A stretch of DNA of 64,000 bases from Basidiobolus meristosporus CBS 931.73. Lineage: Eukaryota > Fungi > Basidiobolomycota. Shown piece after piece: positions 46,401-56,499 of the stretch. How positions within the stretch are numbered: position 1 is the first letter of the stretch; every line of letters starts with the position of its first letter. Where the stretch lies: NCBI GenBank assembly GCA_002104905.1, contig MCFE01000325.1, forward strand, positions 1 through 64,000, written 5' to 3'. The notes below the pieces were generated by a model. That model was not told the origin of the DNA. It did no database searches and saw only the letters and a list, made by a program, of their open reading frames with translations. The translations under genes were made by a program, and so were the position numbers.

Positions 46401-49400
46401 CAGATAGAGCAAATCCAGTTCTATTAGCTCTATATGTGGATGATCTTATTATAGCCGCCAATAACCTAGAAACATTGGAAGAGACTAAGTCCAGCCTATC
46501 TAAGGAGTTCAAGATGTCCTATATAGGAGAACTTAATTATTACTTAAGGATTGAGTTCTCTGTAGACAGAAGTACCCAGACTATCACCCTAAGTCAATCT
46601 AAGTATATTCAAGATATACTGAAGAAGTACCAAATGGAAGACTGTAAACCGGCAGCTACCCCAATGGAAACAAACCTTAACTTGGTCAAAACTCAACCAA
46701 ATCAAGAGAGCTTGGTGCCATCTGAAAGCCCTGACTTTCCTTATCAATCTATGGGTGGCAGTTTGATGTATATCGTGCTTGGAACACGTCAAGATATCTC
46801 ATATTCAGTGGGAGTTGTCAGCCAACATAATCAGAACTATGGATCTGATCATATTGCAGCAGTTAAGTGGATTTTGAGATACCTAAAAGGAACTGCTGAT
46901 ATCTGCTTAAAATACACTTATAAGGATTCAGAACAGGATCTTGTGGGATACTCTGATGCTGATTGGGGACAAAATTTAGAAGACAGAAGATCCACTACAA
47001 GATACACCTTTCTTTACTGTAAAGGAGCAATTTCATGGAATTCAAGAATGCAACCAACCATAGCACTTTCTACCACAGAGGCTGAGTATATGGCAGCCTG
47101 TGAAGCTACAAAAGAAGTAATGTGGTTAAGAAAGCTTTTTACAGATTTAGGCCTATGTCAAAAAATGCCTATTACTTTATTTCAAGATAATCAAGGATGT
47201 ATACAATTAGGTAGAAATCCAACTTTTCATGCTAGAACCAAGCACATAGATATTAGACATCATTTCATATGTGAAGCTATAGAGAGTCACCTAGTTAGCT
47301 TAGTTTACTGTCCTACAGATGAAATGATTGCAGACATACTTACCAAACCATTAGCTAGAGACAAGTATGAATATCTTAGGTCAGAATTGGGACTAGTCAG
47401 TAGGAACATTTAGCTGAGTGGGAGTGTTGTAAAAATTTGTATTTCCACCTAAATATTCACCTGACTTAGTCACTTAGATCATTACCTTCAAATACTAGAG
47501 AATACCAACCAAATTCCTTGTTGGGATTTACTTGGAATATTTTCACCAAATTACCAGGTACCCAGAACATGAAAATTCTCAAAGTTGTCCAAACAGCCCC
47601 AAACTTTGCACAAATGCTCTTGAGACCTTCCTTAACCTATTCTATGTGTTTGTAATGACAAGACCAGGTAAAAGTACAAATACTATTTTTACATTCAATA
47701 AATCATTAAGTGAAAACCACATAATCTACTTGTTCTCCCAGTCACTCCCAATATCTCCAAGACTCTTACAACAGCAATATGATCAGGTCCATAGTTCTGA
47801 TTATGCTTGCTGACAGCTTCCACTGCATATGAGACATCTAGACATGTTCCAGTCATGATATACATCAGACTGCCAACTATATATTGATAAGAAAAGTCAG
47901 GGCTTTCAGATGGCACCAAGCTCTCTTGATTTGGTCAAGTTTCAACCAAGTTAAGGTTTGTTTCCATTGGGGAAGCTGCCAGTTTACAATCTTCCATTTT
48001 ATACTTCTTTAGTATATCTTGAATATAATTGTACTGGCTTAGGGTAATAGTCTGGGTACTTCTGTCTATGGAAAGCTTAATCCCAAAGTAGTAACTGAGC
48101 TCTCCTAGATTGGACATCTTGAACTCCTTAGATAGGCTGGATTAAGTCTCTTCCAATATTTTGAGGTTATTGGCGGCTATAATAAGATCATCAACATATA
48201 GAGCTAATAGAACTGGATTTGCTCTATCTGGCTTATAGTATATACTATAGTTAGCATTACTCCTTTTGAAACTCAAAGATTCTAAATAAGAATCTATTGT
48301 GCAATTCCAGGCTCTGGGTGATTGTTTGAGACCATATAGTAACTTTTTAAGCTTGCAGACCAAATGGGGGTTATCTTGGTTAACAAACCCATCCAGCTGG
48401 CCCATATACATGTCCTCATCAAATTCTTCATTCAAAAATGCAGCTTTTATATCCATTCGATGAATAAAAAACTTTTATTTGGCTGCAATAGCCAATATTA
48501 ATCTGATGGAATTAAATTTGGCTACCGGTGCAAAGATCTCAGTATAGTCAGGTCCTTTTGTTTGAGAGTATCCTTTGGCCACAAGTCTTGCTTTGTATCT
48601 TTCAATTGTACCATCAGCCTTATATTTTGTCTTGAAGACCCATCTGCGTCTAATTGATTTTTGGTTGATTGTTAATTTGACTAAGTCCCAAGTTTGATTT
48701 TCCATCAGGGCCTGATATTTCTCAGTCATTAGAGATCTCCAAAGCTTTGTCTGAGGGCTATTTAGGGCCTCTTTTACAGTCTGGGGCTTAGCAATAGGGT
48801 CTGAATAGGCATAGGCTAAGTTTGTACCCTCATTGATATAGTAATTTGGGCTATTTCTTGTTCAATTGGATCTCCAGGCATTTGATACTGCAAAGATCAC
48901 TTCTGGGATATTCCTGGGCACTGCTTCAGGCTGAACCATGGTTGTAGAGTTCTCTGTAATGGAAAAACTTTCATTGTTTTGCTCTGATTCAATCCTGACA
49001 ATTGGTGGACTTGAGATCAAATTTTAGTCATCATCTGATGTCATTCTTTGTGAAAATTTTGAATTTTCATCATAAAATACATCCCTAGACTTGATTAACT
49101 TCTTTGCTTTGGTATTGTAGAGTTTTTATGCCTCACTCTCATTGCAGTAGCCCAAAAATATGCATTTATACTTTTTGGCTCAAATTTTGACTGATTTCCG
49201 GCCAGTTTCTTGGCATATGCTGTACACCCATATATTCTTAGACATTCTGCAATTGATCTGCATTCATACCATACTTCAAATGGAGTAGAATCACAAAGTA
49301 TTCTGTTATAACTTCTATCTTCAAGGTATACAGCTGTGGCAACTGATTCCGCTCAAAAATCATACAATAATTTTCAATCATGGATCTTAGATCTTGCTAT

Positions 49401-51692
49401 ATCAATTATTGATCTGTTAGCACATTCTACTACTTCATTTTGCTGCAGGGAGTATGGTACAGTAGTCTCTTGCTTTATCCCATGAATTTTGCAGAAGTGG
49501 ATGAAGAGTTTTGAGGTATAATCTCCACCATAGTCAGAGCATATTTTCTTGATTTTTTCACCTGTTTCTCTCTCCACCATGGCTTTAAACTCCCCAAGCT
49601 TAGACAGAGCTTCTTTCTTTCTCTCCATGAAGTAAACCCACATGTATCTTGTATAATCATCAATAAAAGTGATTAAATACTTCATCCCACCTAAGGATAA
49701 ATTTTGCATAGGTCCACACAGATCTGAGTGAATTAGATCTAATTTTTGATTAGTTTTGATTTACCCAGAGCTCTTGAACAGTTGTCTGGTTTGTTTTCCA
49801 TGTATGCAGGCTTCACAGTACTTCAAATCATCTGGGGATCAGCTTTCATGCCAAAAATTAGCTAATCTTTGATCATTTTGCACCAAAAATCAAAATTGAT
49901 GCGTCCAGATCTTCTGTGCCAAAGCATTGGTGTTTCTTCATTTACATTACCTATATTGGCTTCCAAATATGATGGAATATGAGTCAACTTGTACAGATTT
50001 GGATATCCAATACCCAAAGCAATATGGGCACCATTTTGATCAGTGATCTTGCATCCAGAATTGTCAAAGCTGAAATTGAGTCTTTCTCCAGTGGCCTTGC
50101 TTACAGATAGTAGATTCTTGGCTCTTTCTGGTGCATAGAGTACTTCTTTAAAGGTCAGTGTATGGCTTCCTTCAATGCATCTAAGGTTTACTTGGATAGT
50201 TCCTTCTCCCACTGCATCAAGTGTTCTATCAATACCCATTTAAACCTACTTAATTGGAATTTCTTGATATTGGGTAAAAAGTTCTTTTTAGTGTGTAACA
50301 TGTTGAGATGCTCCAAAGTCTATATACCATATCTGAAAATCCTTGTTTGTAGTCATATTTAGTGCAGATATGAATAGTCTATCTTCAGTTATTGCAGCAT
50401 TGCCATATTCAGGCTTCTTTTACTGATTATCTTTCTTTTTAAGACACCGGTCTGATGTGTGTCCTTTCCCTTTGCAGTAGTTGCAAAACAGGTTGCTTTT
50501 GTCTTTGTAGGGTGTTGGGTACCTCCTTTGTTGGTTATCATTGCTTAATAAAGCATTTTCTTCTTCCATCTTATTGGCGCTTGATTTCCTTAATTCTTCA
50601 TCCAGGAGGCTTCCATATACATAATTCAAGGTCCAATCTTCAGTTCTGGACTCCAGGGCTAATACAAGGCCCTAACACTCATCTGTCAGGCTATTCAGGA
50701 TGGCTACTATCACATCCTCATCAGTAGTTGGTACACCCACAGCTTCCATTGCATCTACCAGCAGGGTAATTCTGTTAATTAGATTTTTCATTTATTCTTC
50801 TGGTAGCATCTTTGTAGTAAAGAGTTTTTGTCTTGGATACATCTTCTTGGCAGCTGAACATGTCTGGTAGGTGTCTTCTAATGCTTTCCTGGCATTCTTT
50901 GCCATTTTTGCTCTTAGAGAGTCTGTCAATCAGATCTCTACCCCAGTTTTGAATCACTATAACCATCCAATTTCCAACTATTAGCTGCTCCTGAGTATTC
51001 CAGTACCATATTTACTGTACCTTGTAGATATCTGAAAATCTGCTTAACTGCTGTAATTTGATCTGATCCATAATTATGCATCAATGGAATGACTATTCCA
51101 GCTGCCACTGCAATATCAGGACATGTAAACACCACCAAGTACATCAGACTACTGACCATTGACTGGTAGGGAAAGTCTTGGTCCATATTTGAGCTGTTTT
51201 CACCCAAAACTGGCTGAGATCTGCTCAATTTTAGATTATTGTCCTTGGGGTAGCCGCAGGCTTTCAATTTTGCATTTTAAAGCATCTAAAAATGTCCCTG
51301 ATGTACTTAAACTGACTCAGCACAACTTTTTATGTAGGTATGTCAAAATTCACTTCAATTCCAAGAAAATAGCACTATTTTCCAAAAATTTTTATCTCAA
51401 ACTTGCTATAGAGATCTGATTCTGTCTGTTTAAGGGCCTCCAGGTCACTTGTGGCTATTATTAGGTTGCCCACATACAGAACTAGGATGATCACACCCTT
51501 TTTGAGCTGTTTCATATATATAGTGAGATCTGCAGTGCTACAAACAAACCCAATCTCTTCTAGATGTGTGTCAATTTTTTTATACCATGCTCAAGATGCC
51601 TGCTTAAGCCCATACAGCAATTTCCTGAGTCTGCACATCTTATGGGGGCTGTTTGGATTGGTAAAACCTTCTGGTTGCTCCATATATATAGT

Positions 51693-52426
51693 AGACTTGT
51701 TCTGTTGGATAGTGCCACATTGAGCCATGAGTGCCACATGATGCCATAGTGTGCCAGGGAGGCCAAATGAACCTATACATAGCCACAGAGTGAGAAACAG
51801 AGCTCTGCATTTTGATGCAAAGTTACCCCTGTGTTTCACCCATTGTGTTGGAGATAATCCATTTTTTGACCTTTTTTTTTAGGTCAATGTTGTGCAGGAT
51901 GTGTAAGAGCACAACAGGATTAAAGACATGCATCAGGTACTCAGTGCCCATGGCACCCTGAATCTAGCTCCTGTGGCTTGTAGCATGTCACAAAAATGCA
52001 TGGTACTATCTTGGTCCACTGGTACTATCCGGCACTATAATTGCTTTGTATAGATCCTACTTTAGGGCTAATAATTAAATATAGTGCCAGATAGTACCAG
52101 TGGACCAAGATAGTACCATGCATTTTTGTGACATGCTACAAGCCACAGGAGCTAGATTCAGAGTGCCATGGGCATTGCATACCTGATGCATGTCTTCAGT
52201 TCCTCTGTGCCCTTACGCATTCTGCACAACATTGATCCACAAAATAGCACCAAAATATGGATTTTCTCCTATAACATAGGTGAAACACAGGGGCTGCTTT
52301 GCATGAAGATGCAGAGCTCTGATTCACACTCCATGACCAAGTATAGGTTCACTTGGCCACTCTGGCACACTATGGCATCACTTGGCACTCATGGCTCAGT
52401 GTGGCACTATCCAACAGAACAAGTCT
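51693..52426. mobile_element. 734-bp fold-back MITE (arms ~347 bp, 40-nt loop at 52040-52079), 3-bp TSD AGT, inserted into the RT of element B
   Basis: Ends AGACTTGTTCTGTTGGATAGTGCCACA / TGTGGCACTATCCAACAGAACAAGTCT. Removing the element plus one AGT restores in-frame LQVTIYMEQ. Confidence 0.92.
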
Positions 52427-54760
52427 AGTCACTTGCAAATCCCCATTTAGAAAGGCTGTTTTGACGTCCATTTGGTGTAGATCCAGACTGTGTACAGCTG
52501 CCAGGGCTAGAACTGTCCTAATGGAGTTAAACTTTGCAACCAGAGCAAATATGTCCTTGAAGTCTATTCCCTGAATCTGGGAATAGCCTTTAGCCACCAA
52601 TCTAGCCTTGTACTTCTCAATGGTACCATTTGAGGTTATCTTGATCTTGCAGACCCAACTAAATCCTACTGGCTTTCTCCCATTTGATAAATCTACCAGT
52701 TCCCATGTTTTTGCTTTGATCAGAGATTAGTACTCCTCCTGCATGGCTTGTTGCCACAAAGTAGCATCTAGACTTTGCATTGCCTGTTCTGGATTCTGAG
52801 GTTTGGCACATAAGGCAAGATAAGCTTCTTGATGATCATTGAATGTCTGCCACCAGGATCCAGGGGCATTTCTTATTCTGGTAGTTCGCCTAACAGGAAT
52901 AATCTGCTCTCATCTGGAACTGGTAAAATTATCTTCCGTATCTGGCTGAATTTGGTACATATCTTCTTCATCAGTGTTGATTGCATCTTCAGGCAGCTGG
53001 CCAATGATTTCTGTGGCTTTCTGGTCTGAATTCTCCTCAAATACAATGTCCCTGCTCTTGATCAGCTTATAAATTTTGCCATCACACACTCTATACCCTT
53101 TATATCATAACAATACCCAAGAAATGTCCCTTTTCTACTCTTTTGCTCCAGCTTTGAGCATTTTTTGCCACGGATGTGATAAAAGACATCACTGCCAAAG
53201 ATCCTGAGGTGCCAGAGGTCAGGTTTTTTGCCTTTATATGCTTCAAAGGGTGTAGACTCCTGTAGTGCTGTTGCTGGGCATCTATTCTTGATGTATACAG
53301 TGGTAGCAACAGATTCACCCCAAAAATTGCAGTCCATTCCCTTATCATGTAGCATAGATCTTCCCATCTCTACTATTGTTCTATTTGCATGTTCTGCTAC
53401 TCCATATTACTGTGGAGTATGTGGAACAGTGGTCTGCAGAATTATACTAGTAGATGCACAGTATTTTGCAAACTCCTTTTAGCAGTATTAGCCTACATTG
53501 TCACTTTGAGGTATCTTCAATTTACACCAAGTTTGTGTTTCAGCCATGTTCTTGAAGTATTTAACTGTCTCTAAAGCCTCATCCTTTGCTTGAGGAAGTA
53601 TACCCATGTATATCTTGTCTTGTCATCTCAGGCACACTGATCTTGCATTGTAACTTGTATTTATTGTGATCTCTGATTCTCAAAGCTAATTATTGTCCAT
53701 TTTTACTCAATATTGAGCAGTTCAGCTTAGTAAAAACAAATTTCAGTCCCTGAGCAGTTGCTTTACTGACTGAGAGTAGGTTCTTAGGCTAATTGAGGGA
53801 CATAGAGTACGTCAGTCAGTTTTGCTGTTGTAGCCCCTGAGATATCACTCACATTTAGTAGTATAGACCCACTGGCAGTAGCTTCCAATGCAGAGTTGTC
53901 TCCCAGATAAACCTTTCTTACAGGAATAGTCTTCAAGTTGCTGAACCACTCCTTTATACCACAAATGTGCTGTGATGCTCCAGAGTCAATATACCATTCA
54001 TTACTTTGGTTACTTGCACTCTCTTGTACAGTTACAAATAACTGTTCATCAGTATTTATATGGTTTGCTTGCTCCAGCTTCTGTTTTTTGTCTGCTTGTC
54101 TCTTCTTGCATTCTCTTGCCCAGTGTCCTGGCTTCTTACAGTAGTTGCAGCAACCAGATTTTCTTTGGTTTTGTTGCTCTCCCTTCTTTTCTGTGTGCCT
54201 CTTTGAGCTGAATAGAGCATTGTCTTCAATTTTCTCTGCTTGAACATTACGTCTGAGTTCTTCACAAAGAGGTCTTTCTTTAACATAGTACAAAGTTGAA
54301 TTGTCTTCTCTGCTTTCAAAAGAAAGTTTGAGTGGCTCATACTCTTGTGGTAGGCTGCAAGGCAGACAGAGTATCTTTTCTTCATCATCTACACCAGAAT
54401 TACTACTGTAAAGTTTTTCTGCAAGTGTCTCCGTTCTGGTAATGCATTGTAGCATGTCATCATCTGGCTTCTTCCTCATGTTGAAGAATTTTTGTTTTTG
54501 ATAAAGCTTGCTTGATGCTGATTTTGCTCTAAAGATCTTCTCTAAGGATTCCCACGCTTCTTTGGCAGTACTTGAAGCATGAATTTGTTCAATGAAGGAA
54601 TCTTGCACATAGATAGATATAGCATTAAAGGCCTTTCTCTCCTTCTCTTGAAACTTCTTCACATCTTCTGCTGTGGAACTTATCAAGATATAGTCATAAT
54701 AGTCAAACTGTTGTTTATTCCTAAAGTGGATCATTATTAATAACTTTGTAGAAGTAATAC

Positions 54761-55013
54761 TGTTGTAACACTAAGAAAGGGGAGATTCTCAACATTCAGC
54801 AGCATTCTGTAACAGTTTCAGGGTTAGTACATAATGTTTGGTAAAAAGCGTTAATTTAATCTTCACTATAGGGGAATAATTATATGATCATAGATGTAAA
54901 GAAACTGGCAAGGTTGGGGCTGAAAGCAAGTTATACAGTGACCAAAGCTATTCTAGAGTAGTTAAGTAAATTTTTAGCTGCTGAATGATACCAAATAGCC
55001 CAATATTTCAACA
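54761..55013. mobile_element. 253-bp TG...CA segment (possible solo LTR) interrupting the gag of element B
   Basis: TGTTGTAACAC...TTTCAACA termini. No clean TSD (AATAC vs CTTCT). Confidence 0.45.
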
Positions 55014-56499
55014 CTTCTCACATAACAGAACCACATTTGCCTCTTTCTTGTGCCATCATCTTCATCTTGACATTCCACACCTTGTCATTAGGTCCATCAA
55101 AATTTATGCAGTGGAAAAGCTCCAATACTAGCAACAGTAGACATTGCAGGGAATGACAGCTTTGGGCTCCTAACCTGTTTTACAAGTCTTGGGCTTAATG
55201 GAAGTGATTATGAAAACAAGTAGACTTGTGTGGCTTTCACTAAATCATTTGTCTAATGTGAAAGTAGTAGCAATAGTTTACATGGTTTTGAAGTAAAATG
55301 CACATAAAATAGGTTTAGGAAGGTCCCAAGCACATGTGTGCAAAGTTTGGGGCTGTCTGGACAACTATGGGAACTTCATGTTCAGGGTACCTGATTTCCT
55401 GGTGAAAATATTCCAAGTCCCAAAAAGTAATTTGTTCAGTATTCTCTAGGATTTGAAGGTAATCATCTAAGTCACTAAGTTAGGTGAGTATTTAGGTGGA
55501 ATTACATATTTTTACAACATATAGCCTTTTTTTTACACTCCTTACTTCCTGACTCAACTGTTCTTCTTACTTTTTGGAGATGTGAGTAAGGGTTGAGGAC
55601 TTAGATTCAATTAGTAAATCTGATAGAGTATAACTATATCATTTTACTTGACTCTAGTGGAGTAGTGCATAATGTGCAAAGCCATTAAATCAAAGTAAGG
55701 TGGAGGCAAAAGTATTGCAAAAAGTGAGGTGGGTTTTATATCAAACTTCATTTCAAGAATCAGGCTATAGTATGAATAGAGCTCAGAGATAAGTGGAAGC
55801 AAAGCACTAAGATAAGGTGTAAAGCCATAATGCCATTTCTGCAAAGCCAGCGTATCCTGCACAAGGCAAGTGCTTAGGTTTAATTGCATTTCACATGGCA
55901 GGAAGCTTCTAGAGAACAAGCTACTTACAAAGCTAAAATAGCAACTCTCCCAAATAGCCTGACATGAGCATTTTTGGGCCTTGTATCAGCCCTACTCTAA
56001 GAAAAAAAATTAAGAAAAGGCCAGCAAAGTACCATCATAATATCAGCTGAATTCCAAGTTCCCTGAAATTGACCGCTCTCAGTATCTCTGTTATCAGCTG
56101 ACAGGCAGGCAAGAAAACCAATTCTTCAGGGGGATATTAGGCAAACTAGCATCCATACCAAATTTGGTAATTAGCTGCCCATTACTCCCATCAAAAATTA
56201 CATTTAGAATCTTGAACCAAAAACACCAGCGGAATGCCAGCTGAAATTCAGATGAATTCCAAGTTTGAGATTTTTCATAGGGGCTAGAGTTTATAACTCC
56301 ATGCTTGACCTTAAATTCAAGAATATAGGAGGCTTTGCAATGAGGAATTAGCAAAATTAAGCACTTTTAAGTAGGAAAAAGAAAATACTTGACTAGACAA
56401 TGATATCCACCAAAGAGAGTGCTTGAGAATCTGTTAAGCCAACAGCAACCATTATTGCAGTTACTGCATTAGGGAGACAATATCAGACAGGTAAATCAG

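Larger units (their letters stand above)
42388..47773 (+). mobile_element. Full-length but defective Ty1/Copia element A1: LTRs 42388-43438 (interrupted) and 47425-47773; gag-PR-IN-RT-RH 43470-47413
   Basis: TG...CA LTRs with ~12 differences in 349 bp, TSD GCAAT, PBS GGTTATGAGCC and PPT. Domain order CCHC, DFGASQH, HSDLCGP/DHGGEY/QQNGVAER, LYVDDL, ADILTK. Several stops and frameshifts. Confidence 0.95.
41647..50930 (-). mobile_element. Copia element A2 (host): 3' LTR 41647-41996, RNaseH/RT, interrupted at 42387/47774 by element A1, then RT-integrase-gag to ~50930; 5' LTR missing
   Basis: PPT AGCTGAGTGGGAG abuts the LTR. The reading DHIA|AVKW is restored across the GCAAT duplication. Integrase and gag-knuckle (CNYCKGKGH) remnants are present. 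Confidence 0.9.
50935..55519 (-). mobile_element. Copia element B (related LTR family): 5' LTR 55176-55519, PBS, gag-PR-IN-RT-partial RH; 3' end deleted and fused to the A2 gag
   Basis: CNYCKKPGHWAREC, WYIDSGASQH, YIKNRCP, LVAKGYSQ, LYGLKQAS, degenerate LYVGNL and FPYQS.V.SLMY. Confidence 0.88.

Noticed and set aside
37338-47413. In-frame TGA as selenocysteine or alternative genetic code
   Set aside because: TGA/TAG interruptions occur only in CpG-decayed TE sequence and not at catalytic Cys positions. Host genes use the standard code, with TGA as a normal stop.
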